This document shows, piece after piece, positions 38,488-47,727 of a stretch of 64,000 nt of DNA. A program made the translations under genes and the position numbers. This stretch comes from Candidatus Multivoradales bacterium (GTDB taxonomy: Bacteria; Acidobacteriota; Thermoanaerobaculia; Multivoradales; JAHEKO01): the NCBI GenBank assembly GCA_965223855.1, contig CBDCXM010000009.1:1920001-1984000 (forward strand), in the 5' to 3' direction. The first letter of the stretch is position 1. Every line of letters starts with the position of its first letter. The notes under the pieces are model-generated. The model was given only the letters and a program-made list of their open reading frames with translations. It ran no database searches and was not told the DNA's origin.

Positions 38488-39726
38488 TCAGTCGAGGACC
38501 CGGGTCTCCGGCACGGCGACGACGAACTTCCCCCCCCACTCGCGGATGCCCGCCATCTGCGCCGTGATCTCCGCCTCGAGGTTCCACGGCAGGATGAGGA
38601 CGTAGTCGGGCCGGGTCTCGAAGATGCGGTCGGGGGTGTGGATCGGGATCCGGGTGCCGGGCAGGTAGTTGCCGTGCTTGGCGGGGCTGCGATCGACGGT
38701 GTAGTCGAGCACGTCGGTGCCGGCTCCGCAGTAGTTGAGGAAGGTGTTGCCCTTGGCGGGAGCGCCGTAGCCGACGATCTGCTTGCCGGCGCGTTTCTCG
38801 CGGATGACGAACTCCCAGAACCTGCGCTTCGTCTCGCGCACCTGTTCGTCGAAGGTGAGGTAGGTCTCGATGCGGTCGAAACCGAGTTCGCGCTCGCGTG
38901 AGAGCAGCGCCGGCACCCGGTCCTCGACGACTCGTGCTTCGTGCTCGGCGTGACGGCCGTAGACGCGCAGCGACCCGCCGTGGGTCGGCAGCTCGTCGAC
39001 GTCGAACACCGTCAAGCCGTGGCGCCGGAAGAGGTCGTCGACCACGAGCAGCGAGTAGTAGCAGTAGTGCTCGTGGTAGATCGTGTCGAACTGGTTCTCC
39101 GCCATCAGCCTCGCCAGATGGGGGAACTCGAGAGTGATCACCCCCTCGGGGGAGAGCACCGTCTTCATGCCGGCGACGAAATCGTTGAGTGGCGGGACGT
39201 GCGCGAAGACGTTGTTGCCCAGCAGCAGATCGGCGCGGGTTCCTTCCGCGACCAGCCGCTCGGCGAGCGCACTGGAGAAGAACTCGACGCGGGACGGGAT
39301 CCCTTTCTTCTCCGCTTCGACGGCGATGTTGGCGGCCGGCTCGATACCGAGCACCGGCACGCCGGCGGTGACGAAGTGCTGGAGCAGGTAGCCGTCGTTG
39401 CTCGCGATCTCGATGACCAGGCTCTCCTCGTCGAAGCCGAAGCGCTCGATCATCGCCTCGCTGTAGCGCCGGGCGTGCTCGACCCACGAGTCGGAGTAGG
39501 AGGAGAAGTAGGCGTAGTCGGAGAAGATCGATTCCGCCCCAGCGCTGTCGAACTCCGGCAGCTGCACCAGGAAGCAGCTCTCGCAGACGTAGACGGTCAG
39601 CGGGAAGCGCGGCTCCATCGCCAGGAGCTGCTCCTCTTTGAGGTAGGAGTTGGCGAGCGGGGAGAAGCCGAGATCGGCGAAGACGTGCTCCAGAGGAGCG
39701 GCGCACAGACGGCAGGTGAGCGACAT
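38488..39726 (-). CDS. NDP-hexose C-methyltransferase family SAM-dependent methyltransferase
   Basis: CRLC and CESC Zn sites, PLANSY, EIASNDGYLL, YHEH, HGGSLR, GYGAPAKG, LPWN. Confidence 0.9.
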   Translation of the reverse strand: MSLTCRLCAAPLEHVFADLGFSPLANSYLKEEQLLAMEPRFPLTVYVCESCFLVQLPEFDSAGAESIFSDYAYFSSYSDSWVEHARRYSEAMIERFGFDEESLVIEIASNDGYLLQHFVTAGVPVLGIEPAANIAVEAEKKGIPSRVEFFSSALAERLVAEGTRADLLLGNNVFAHVPPLNDFVAGMKTVLSPEGVITLEFPHLARLMAENQFDTIYHEHYCYYSLLVVDDLFRRHGLTVFDVDELPTHGGSLRVYGRHAEHEARVVEDRVPALLSRERELGFDRIETYLTFDEQVRETKRRFWEFVIREKRAGKQIVGYGAPAKGNTFLNYCGAGTDVLDYTVDRSPAKHGNYLPGTRIPIHTPDRIFETRPDYVLILPWNLEAEITAQMAGIREWGGKFVVAVPETRVLD

Positions 39727-39846
39727 GAAGTACCTCGGTGACGGGCGCCGCGGTACTGCGACGGCGGCGCGGGGCGTGGAGGAAGGGGAGATTAGCGCAG
39801 GGGAGGCTCCGGCCCAAGCAGTGGTACTCTCGGCTCGGAGGCGTCG

Positions 39847-40098
39847 ATGGCGGTCGATCCAGAACTGTTGGAAATCCTGGTCTGTCCGAAGACCAAGGCG
39901 GAGCTCGAAGTGGTCGAGCTGCCGGAGGCGCTGCGCGAGGAGCTCGCGGCTCGCTACGCCGAGCATTTTCGCGAGGAGGCGCCGGTCGTCGAGGAGGCGC
40001 TCTATTGCCGGGAGTCGGGTCTCGTCTATCCGATCGTCTCCGACATTCCGATCCTGCTGATCGAGGAAGCTCTTCCGGCCGCCTCGATCGGCCGCTGA
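39847..40098 (+). CDS. Trm112/YcaR family protein
   Basis: LLEILVCPKTK...YPIVSDIPILLIEEA; SD GGAGG. Confidence 0.9.
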   Translation: MAVDPELLEILVCPKTKAELEVVELPEALREELAARYAEHFREEAPVVEEALYCRESGLVYPIVSDIPILLIEEALPAASIGR

Positions 40099-40141
40099 GC
40101 CGTCCTCCACGCCCGACGGCAGCGTGGGGCACTCGAAGAGC

Positions 40142-41305
40142 GTGAGCCGAGCGACCGAAGCTGCGACCGTCGAGCGCGTCGGCACGACGGCCTACGCCCT
40201 CCACCTCTGGCTGGTCGTCGGTCTCGCCCTCTCGAACCTGGCGGGCCTCGTCGCCGTCGCGGCGGCGGCCACCCTGAGGCCGTCGCTCGGCGGTCGCGGC
40301 CGCGCGGTGCTCCTGCCGGCCGCGATCTACGCCGTCTGTGTGCTGCTGGCAATCGTCTTCTCGACCGATCCGACGGCCTCTCTCGACGGCGCCTCCGAGC
40401 TGCTGTCGCTCCTGACCCTGCCGCTCGGCATCCTCTTCGCCAGCGGCAGCCGCAACGTCCGCTCGATCGCCGACGGGCTCATCATCATGGGGGCGTTTGC
40501 CTCCACCTGGGGCCTCTTTCAGCTGTTCTTCGGCTACGGCGGTATCGATCAGAGGATCGTCGGGCCGTTCTCACACTGGATGACGTTCGCCGGAGTGCTG
40601 CTGATGGCGGACCTGCTGGTGGTCGCGCAACTCCTCGCCCGCCGGCGCTCGCGGACCGCGTGGCGCTGGATCGCGCTCCTGGTGATCAATCTCGGACTGG
40701 TCGCCTGCCTGACGCGTGGCGCCTGGGTCGCCGGCGCCCTGTCGATCGCCGTGTTGATCCTGCTCAGCTCGCCGCGCTGGCTGGCGGCCTGGGTGTCGGT
40801 GGCCGCCCTCGGTCTGGTGCTGGCTCCGTCGCCGGTTCGGGACCGCGTCGCTTCGATCAGCGATCTGGGCAACTTCTCGAACTACGACCGCCTTTGCATG
40901 CTCGAGGCGGGCTGGCTCATGACTCGGGAACGGCCGATCTTCGGCCACGGCCCCGACCGGGTGAGGGACCGCTATCCGATCTACCGCCACGAGACGGCTC
41001 CTCGCCACTGGGTGCCGCACCTGCACAACAACTTCGCCCAGATCTCGGCGGAGAGCGGACTGCCGTCGGCGCTGGCCGTCCTGTGGATGATGGCGGTCGC
41101 GGCGTGGACCTCCTGGCGCCGCTATCGCAGAGAGCGCGCCTCCGGAGGGGAGGCGGCGGACCTCTATCTCGGAGCGCTGGGCGCGCTTCTCGCCTTCAAT
41201 CTGGCCGGGCTCTTCGAGTTCAACTGGGGCGACACCGAGGTGCAGCGGCTCGCGCTCTTCGCCGTCGCGATGCCGTTCTGCCTCGCCGGGGAGAAGACGT
41301 CGTGA
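40142..41305 (+). CDS. O-antigen ligase (Wzy_C) family protein
   Basis: Polytopic; TRGAW, PIFGHG, HLHNNFAQISAESG. Confidence 0.85.
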   Translation: MSRATEAATVERVGTTAYALHLWLVVGLALSNLAGLVAVAAAATLRPSLGGRGRAVLLPAAIYAVCVLLAIVFSTDPTASLDGASELLSLLTLPLGILFASGSRNVRSIADGLIIMGAFASTWGLFQLFFGYGGIDQRIVGPFSHWMTFAGVLLMADLLVVAQLLARRRSRTAWRWIALLVINLGLVACLTRGAWVAGALSIAVLILLSSPRWLAAWVSVAALGLVLAPSPVRDRVASISDLGNFSNYDRLCMLEAGWLMTRERPIFGHGPDRVRDRYPIYRHETAPRHWVPHLHNNFAQISAESGLPSALAVLWMMAVAAWTSWRRYRRERASGGEAADLYLGALGALLAFNLAGLFEFNWGDTEVQRLALFAVAMPFCLAGEKTS

Positions 41306-42201
41306 CCGCGCAGACCTTCCCGGAGTTCGCACAGCGGTGGCGGCCCGAGGTCGATCGCGCTCTCGACCGCCTGCTGCCCGCCGCCACCGAAACACCGGTG
41401 AGGTTGCACGAGGCGATGCGCTACTGCGTGCTGGGCGGCGGCAAGAGGGTGCGGCCGCTCCTGGTGCTGATGGCCGGCGAGACGTTCGGCGCGCAGTCCG
41501 CCGCCTCGCTGGCGGGCGGCGCCGCGCTCGAGATGGTGCACTGCTTCAGCCTGGTGCACGACGATCTCCCGGCGCTCGACGACGACGATCTGCGGCGCGG
41601 TCGCGAGACCGTGCATCGGCGCTACGACGAGGCGACCGCGGTGCTGGTGGGGGACGCGCTGCTGAATCTCGGCCTCCAGGTCTTCCTCGAGGAACCTCCC
41701 GAGTTGTCGCCGGAGGTGCGCTCCCGGTCGGCAGCGCTGGCGATGGAGGCGATCGGCACCCGCGGGATGATCGGCGGGCAGATGTCCGATCTCGAAGCGG
41801 AGCGCCGGTGGCCGGACGACCCGATGGCGGCGCTCGAGTCGATTCACGCCCGCAAGACCGGAGCACTGCTGAGGGCGGCGCTTCGCATCGGCGGAGCCTA
41901 CGGCGCCGCGGGAGCGGAGGAGGACGAGACGCTCGGGACTCTCGGAGACCGGATCGGCCTGCTGTTCCAGATCCGCGACGACATCCTCGACGTCGAGGGA
42001 GCGTCTGAGGTGCTGGGGAAAACGGCGGGGAAGGACTCCCGAGCGCGTAAGCTGACCTACCCGTCGCTCGTCGGCCTCGACCGAAGCCGCCAGATCCTCA
42101 CGGAGGTCCGGGACGAGGCGTTGGAGGCGATCGCGCGATTGCCGCGCCATCGCGACGTCTTCAGGAGTCTCGTCTCCTACCTGTGCGACCGCGATCGATG
42201 A
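41302..42201 (+). CDS. ispA: Polyprenyl (farnesyl/geranylgeranyl) diphosphate synthase
   Basis: [40 protein letters not shown]. Confidence 0.92.
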   Translation: MTAQTFPEFAQRWRPEVDRALDRLLPAATETPVRLHEAMRYCVLGGGKRVRPLLVLMAGETFGAQSAASLAGGAALEMVHCFSLVHDDLPALDDDDLRRGRETVHRRYDEATAVLVGDALLNLGLQVFLEEPPELSPEVRSRSAALAMEAIGTRGMIGGQMSDLEAERRWPDDPMAALESIHARKTGALLRAALRIGGAYGAAGAEEDETLGTLGDRIGLLFQIRDDILDVEGASEVLGKTAGKDSRARKLTYPSLVGLDRSRQILTEVRDEALEAIARLPRHRDVFRSLVSYLCDRDR

Positions 42202-42926
42202 CGCGGCTCGATCAGCTGCTGGTCGAGCGCGGAGACTCTCCCTCGAGAGAGAAAGCCAAGCGCACCATCATGGCTGGCCAGGTCGAGGTGGCTGGGCGCG
42301 TGATCGACAAGCCGGGCGCCGACGTGGCGGCCGACGCCGAGATCGAGGTGCAGGGTCCCGCCGAGCCGTTCGTCTCGCGGGGAGGGCGCAAGCTGGAGCA
42401 CGCTCTGGAGAGGTTCGCCGTCGATGTGGCCGGTCTCGTGGCGATCGACGTCGGCGCTTCGACCGGCGGTTTCACCGACTGCCTGTTGCAGCGAGGGGCG
42501 AGCCGTGTTTACGCTCTCGACGTCGGCTACGGGCAGCTCGACTACGGGCTGCGGCAGGACCCGAGAGTGATCGTCATGGAGCGGACCAACGCGCGCTACC
42601 TCACCGGCGACGAGATTCCCGAGCAGGTCGATCTCGCGACCTTCGACGTCTCCTTCATCTCACTCGAGAAGGTGGTGCCGCCCGTGCTCCCGATCCTGCG
42701 GTCGGGCGGCAGCGTCGTCGCCCTCGTGAAGCCGCAGTTCGAGGCGGGCCGGGAGCGGGTCGGCAAGGGGGGCGTGGTCCGCGACGATGCCGTCCGCACG
42801 GAGGTGGTCGAGGGATGCTGCGATTCGCTGGAGAAACTCGGGCTGGTGCGGCGCGGCCTGTGCGATTCCCCGATTCGGGGGGCGCGTGGAAACCTCGAGG
42901 CACTGGCGGTGTTCACGAAGCCGTGA
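42198..42926 (+). CDS. tlyA: TlyA family rRNA 2'-O-methyltransferase
   Basis: S4 domain, [31 protein letters not shown]. Confidence 0.95.
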   Translation: MTRLDQLLVERGDSPSREKAKRTIMAGQVEVAGRVIDKPGADVAADAEIEVQGPAEPFVSRGGRKLEHALERFAVDVAGLVAIDVGASTGGFTDCLLQRGASRVYALDVGYGQLDYGLRQDPRVIVMERTNARYLTGDEIPEQVDLATFDVSFISLEKVVPPVLPILRSGGSVVALVKPQFEAGRERVGKGGVVRDDAVRTEVVEGCCDSLEKLGLVRRGLCDSPIRGARGNLEALAVFTKP

Positions 42927-42942
42927 GCGGGGAGAACGTGGG

Positions 42943-43773
42943 TTGAGCGTTTTCGAGCAGATTGCCGTCGTCGCCAAGCGCGACAGTGCGACCGCGGAGC
43001 AGACCGCCCGCGAGGTGGTCCAGTGGATCGAACGTCGCGACGGTCGGGCGGTGCTCGTCGAGTCGGTCGAGGAGATCTCGAAACAGGAGCCGCGGGCCGA
43101 CCTGGTGATCGTGCTCGGCGGAGACGGCACGCTGCTGGCAGCCGCTCGCAGCCTAGAGGCGCCGCTGCCGATCCTCGGGGTCAATCTCGGCCGCCTGGGC
43201 TTCCTCACCGAGATCGGCAGGCACGAGCTCTACCCGACGCTCGTCGAGGTTCTCGCCGGCCGCTATGCGGTCGAAGAGCGCTCGCTGATGGAGCTCGAGC
43301 TGCGGCGCGCCAATGGAGCCGTGGAGTCGTTTCGCCTCTTCAACGACGCCGTCGTCGCCAAGAGCGCCCTGTCGCGGATCATCGAGCTCACGCTGTCGGT
43401 GGACGACGAGCTCGTCGCGACCTACCGCTCGGACGGACTGATCATCTCCACGCCTACCGGATCGACCGCCTACAACCTCTCGGCAGGCGGTCCGATCGTT
43501 CACCCGACGCTGCCGGTGGCGGTGCTGACACCGATCTGCCCGCATACGCTGTCGCTGCGTCCGATCGTCGTCCCCGACAGCAGTACGGTCGAGGTCGTGC
43601 TCGACACCGAGCGCGAGGAGGTCTTCCTGACGATCGACGGCCAGGAGGGGACGCAGCTCGGCTACCGCGACACGCTGCGGCTGCGCCGGGCGGAGCTCGT
43701 CGTCCGTCTGGTCAAGGTGAGCGGCCGGTCCTTCTACGACAGCCTGCGACACAAGCTGCACTGGGGAGAGTAG
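42943..43773 (+). CDS. nadK: NAD(+) kinase
   Basis: [33 protein letters not shown]. Confidence 0.95.
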   Translation: MSVFEQIAVVAKRDSATAEQTAREVVQWIERRDGRAVLVESVEEISKQEPRADLVIVLGGDGTLLAAARSLEAPLPILGVNLGRLGFLTEIGRHELYPTLVEVLAGRYAVEERSLMELELRRANGAVESFRLFNDAVVAKSALSRIIELTLSVDDELVATYRSDGLIISTPTGSTAYNLSAGGPIVHPTLPVAVLTPICPHTLSLRPIVVPDSSTVEVVLDTEREEVFLTIDGQEGTQLGYRDTLRLRRAELVVRLVKVSGRSFYDSLRHKLHWGE

Positions 43774-46700
43774 GTGGCGGGCAACCGCGAGCCGGGGCGC
43801 GCGCGACGACTGGCCTCGTGGCTCGCGGCGGTCGTCGCCGTCGCCGTGTTGGCGCTCTGGCTCGCCGCGGCCACGGCGGGCGGCTGGCTGCGTGACGATG
43901 TCGAAGGGTGGCTTGGCGAGCGCCTCGGAGCGACCGTCACTCTCGAGGAGATGGACCTCGGGCTCCTCCCGCCCTCCGTCACGGTGCGCGGGGTTTCGTT
44001 GCTCGCCGACGGTCATGCGACTCCTGTTCTCGTTGCCGACTCGATCTCGATCGACGGACGCTGGAGCGAGCTCTTCGGTGAACGCCGGGTGCGATCGATC
44101 GAAGTGGTGCGGCCGCGCGTCGAGATCGTCATCGCCGAGGACGGAGGCGACAACATCCCTCGCTGGGCCTCGACCGGGGAGGGCGGCGGCGGGATCGCCC
44201 TCGACTCCGTTCGCATCGTCGAGGGGGAGGCTCATTTCGCCGAGCAGCGAGTCGCCCTCGATCTCCTCCTCCGCCGCCTGCGCCTCCAGGGCGGGGGACA
44301 CACGAAGGACGGGCTCAATGCCTCCCTCGACGCCGCCGAACTGGTCGCCGAGCTGCCCAACGGAGCGACATACCTGGGCGCCCTTTCCGTGCGAGGCCGA
44401 TGGGCCGACGGCAGGCTCACCCTCGGCACCGGCCGTCTGTCCGGCCCGCAGCTCGCCGTCGATCTGAGGGCGGGCTTCCTCGATGTCGCCGAGCGCGAGT
44501 GGCGCGTCGAACTCGCCGCCTCCGGTGACTCGAAGACGCTGGCGAGCCTCGGCCTCGACCCGGGCGAGCTGCGGCTCGACTGGGCGTTCGACGGGGCGGT
44601 CTCGGGCCGGACCGGAGCCGAGCCTCCGTGGGCGGTGATCGGGACGGTCACCTCGCCGCGGCTCGAGATGGCGCCGATTCGCATCGACGGCGTCGAGGCG
44701 GCGCTGCGGGTCGATCCATCGACCGTGGCACTCGACGAGATCGACGGCACTCTGGCCGACGGGGCGCTTTCCGGGCGCCTCGAGATCGACCTCACCTCCG
44801 AGCTGCGCCCGGGGAGGGCGACCCTGAACGTGGTCGAAGGTGATCTCCAGGCGCTGCTGACGCAGACGGGTCCGGAGCTGCCTTCGGTGCGCGGGAGCTG
44901 GAGCCTCGACGGCAGCTATGACTTCGAGTCCGGAAATGCCCTCGAGGGGGCCGGTTCGGCGGTCGCGCGGCTGGCGCTGAGCGACGACCGTGGGCGGATC
45001 ACCTGGCGCCGCCGCCTGGCGATCGGCCTGCGAGGCGGAAGGGTCGAGTTCTCGTCGCGGGCACCGGCTGCGGGACGCCCTTCCGCACCGGCGGACTCAG
45101 GCTCCGCGAACTCGGGCTCGGCAGTCGCGGGCGTGGCGGACGGCGGTGAGCGGCTGGCCGTGCGTGGATCGTACGACCTCCTGGCTGGGCGTGGCGAGAT
45201 CGACTACGAGCTGGCGACCGAGAAGCTCTCCTCCTGGCTCGAGCTCCTGGTCGATCCGACTCCGGAGACGGCGAAGTGGCTGCCAGCCGGGGGAACCGCC
45301 AATCTCAGTGGACGCCTCGAGCTCGGGAGCGACTTCTGGAGCACGAGGGTCGAGATCGATCAGTTCGACGGCCGCGTAGGAACCCTCGAGACGTCGCGTC
45401 TCGGCGGTGCATTGACGGTCTCCGACTCCGGCGTCCGCGATCTGAGGCTCGACCTGTCACGGGCGCGAGGCGCCCTCGGAGTGAGCGGCTCCTACCTCTT
45501 TGCGACGCCGCGCCGTGCCGACGCACTCGATCTGAGAGTGGCGGTGGACGGCTGGCCGACGAGCGAGATCCTCGACCAGCTCGAGGTGGCGATCGACGTC
45601 GACGGAGACCTCACCGGCGTCGCCCGGATTCGCGGGCCGCTCGAGGCCCTCGAGGGACGCTTCGAACTGGCGAGCGACGAAGGTGGAGTAGCGGGTGTGC
45701 CGTTTTCACAGGTGCGCGCGCTCCTCGAGCTCGATCCGGCCCGCCTGACGGTCGAAGAGGCGACGGCGTCGCTCGCCGGCGGCGACCTCGAAGCCTCGGG
45801 GTGGTGGGCACTCGACGCCTCCGAAGCCGACTACAGCGTCCGCGCGACGGCGATCGATCTCACGGACCCGTCCCTCGTAGACTTCGTTCCTGAGGGACTG
45901 ACCGGCACGCTCGACGGCGACCTGCGCCAGTCCGGGCCTCTCGAGCGTCCGACGATCGAGTTCGACGTCGGGTCGCGAGATCTCGGCTTCCAGGGGCTGG
46001 CGGCGACCGAGGAGGCCCCGGCGCGGTTGACGGGGCGCCTCGCCGACGGCGAGGCACAGGTAGAGGGCGCCTTCGAGGGGCTCCTGTCGTGGAAGGGAGG
46101 AGGGGCTCTGGCCGAATCGATCGATCTCGCGATCGGGTTCGAGACCGCAGCACTGGGCGAGCTGGCGACCTCGGTGCTGGGCTTCGAGCCCGGTCTGCTC
46201 TCCGGTCGCACCGACGGCGTGCTCAGAGTGACCGGCAACCGGGGTGAGACCCTCGCGATCGCGGTCGAGCTGCCGACGCTCGTGATCGTCTCCGGCCAGC
46301 GGACGCTGCGAGCCCTCGAACCGGTGAAGGCGCGGTGGGAAGAAGACGGCATTGCCGTCGAGTCCCTGTTCCTCGGGCAGGACGGGACCGCCAGCGAGAT
46401 CTTCTTCGCCGGGCGAGTGCCGGTGGCACCGGGGCAGTCTCTCGACCTCGTCTCGCAGATGTCGATCGACACCGGTTGGCTCGAGCTGGCGCTTCCCGGG
46501 TGGGACTTCGAAGAGGGCGTCGTCGACGCCCTGGCGTCGATCGGCGGTACCTGGGAGCAGCCACTTGTGAACGGCCAGGGACAGTTGAAGCAGCGGCGCA
46601 TCGTGGCGCCGGGCGTCCCGCAGGCACTGAGGCAGGTGGAGGCGGCGTTTCTCTTCTACCCGGGGTCGGTCGTGCTGGACGAAAGCTCGTTCGGGTTTGC

Positions 46701-47727
46701 CGGCGGCTCGGTGCGCACCGCCGGCGAGGTCAAGCTCTACGGCGAGGGCGGCCTCGAGTACCGCTTCCAGGTAGCCGGCGACGAACTGCAACTGCGCTAC
46801 CCGGAGGGATGGCAGCTCCGGCTCGGCGCCGACCTGACCGTCACTTCGGAAGCCGGCGGGCGCCAGTTGAGGGGGACGGTCGACGTCGAGCGGGCGCTCT
46901 ACTCCGCCGACGTGCCGATCGGGCTGACGCAACTGCTCCAGCAGGCCTTCTCCCGTCGGCCGGCGGTGGTGGAGGAGACCGACGAGCTGCTGGCCTCGAC
47001 CCACCTCAACCTCGCGATCGACGGTCCGGGAGCGCTGAGGGTGCGCAACAACGTCGCCGACCTGAGGGGAGACCTCGACCTCACGGTTCGGGGGACGCTC
47101 GCCAGGCCGATCGTCTTCGGTGACGTAGCGGTCGAGAGCGGTGGCACGCTCGTCTACTCGGGCAACGAGTACGACGTCCGTCGCGCCGAGCTGGCGTTCG
47201 CCAACCCCTACCGGATCGAGCCGGTGATCGATCTGGAAGCGACGACCCGCCTTCAGGAGTACGACATCACCCTGAACCTGGCGGGGACTCTCGAGCGGCT
47301 CGACGTCACATTCGCTTCGAATCCGCCTCTGCCGAACCTCGACGTGCTGTCTCTCCTGGCGGGTGGGGAGGCGATCGAGACGTCCGCTTCGCGCAACGAG
47401 GGGCAGGCGGGGTCGGGGGCGCAGGCGTTTCTCTACGGCCAGGCGGCGTCGGCGGTGGCGAACCGGGTGAATCGTCTCTTCGGTCTCGACAAGTTCCGCA
47501 TCGATCCGCTCACCGGCGAGTCGGGTAGCCTCACCTCGGCACGGGTGACCGTCGGCAAGCGGCTTTCGAGCGACGTCTTTGCCACCTACTCGTACGACCC
47601 GTCGCAGAACGCCCAGCAGATCCTGCAGGTCGAGTGGACGGTGAGCCGCCTGCTGACCCTGGTCGCCACGCAGAACGGTGACGGAACCTATGCGATCGAC
47701 GCCCGCTGGGAGCGGTCGTTCCAATGA
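43774..47727 (+). CDS. tamB: Translocation/assembly module TamB (AsmA-like) protein
   Basis: N-terminal TM, long beta-taco-like repeats, DUF490-like C-terminus (SNPPLP, VTVGKRL). Confidence 0.85.
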   Translation: MAGNREPGRARRLASWLAAVVAVAVLALWLAAATAGGWLRDDVEGWLGERLGATVTLEEMDLGLLPPSVTVRGVSLLADGHATPVLVADSISIDGRWSELFGERRVRSIEVVRPRVEIVIAEDGGDNIPRWASTGEGGGGIALDSVRIVEGEAHFAEQRVALDLLLRRLRLQGGGHTKDGLNASLDAAELVAELPNGATYLGALSVRGRWADGRLTLGTGRLSGPQLAVDLRAGFLDVAEREWRVELAASGDSKTLASLGLDPGELRLDWAFDGAVSGRTGAEPPWAVIGTVTSPRLEMAPIRIDGVEAALRVDPSTVALDEIDGTLADGALSGRLEIDLTSELRPGRATLNVVEGDLQALLTQTGPELPSVRGSWSLDGSYDFESGNALEGAGSAVARLALSDDRGRITWRRRLAIGLRGGRVEFSSRAPAAGRPSAPADSGSANSGSAVAGVADGGERLAVRGSYDLLAGRGEIDYELATEKLSSWLELLVDPTPETAKWLPAGGTANLSGRLELGSDFWSTRVEIDQFDGRVGTLETSRLGGALTVSDSGVRDLRLDLSRARGALGVSGSYLFATPRRADALDLRVAVDGWPTSEILDQLEVAIDVDGDLTGVARIRGPLEALEGRFELASDEGGVAGVPFSQVRALLELDPARLTVEEATASLAGGDLEASGWWALDASEADYSVRATAIDLTDPSLVDFVPEGLTGTLDGDLRQSGPLERPTIEFDVGSRDLGFQGLAATEEAPARLTGRLADGEAQVEGAFEGLLSWKGGGALAESIDLAIGFETAALGELATSVLGFEPGLLSGRTDGVLRVTGNRGETLAIAVELPTLVIVSGQRTLRALEPVKARWEEDGIAVESLFLGQDGTASEIFFAGRVPVAPGQSLDLVSQMSIDTGWLELALPGWDFEEGVVDALASIGGTWEQPLVNGQGQLKQRRIVAPGVPQALRQVEAAFLFYPGSVVLDESSFGFAGGSVRTAGEVKLYGEGGLEYRFQVAGDELQLRYPEGWQLRLGADLTVTSEAGGRQLRGTVDVERALYSADVPIGLTQLLQQAFSRRPAVVEETDELLASTHLNLAIDGPGALRVRNNVADLRGDLDLTVRGTLARPIVFGDVAVESGGTLVYSGNEYDVRRAELAFANPYRIEPVIDLEATTRLQEYDITLNLAGTLERLDVTFASNPPLPNLDVLSLLAGGEAIETSASRNEGQAGSGAQAFLYGQAASAVANRVNRLFGLDKFRIDPLTGESGSLTSARVTVGKRLSSDVFATYSYDPSQNAQQILQVEWTVSRLLTLVATQNGDGTYAIDARWERSFQ

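Noticed and set aside
45085-45125. Short imperfect 15-bp repeat in tamB (ADSGS-ANSGS)
   Set aside because: Two degenerate copies in a low-complexity loop; no evidence of function.
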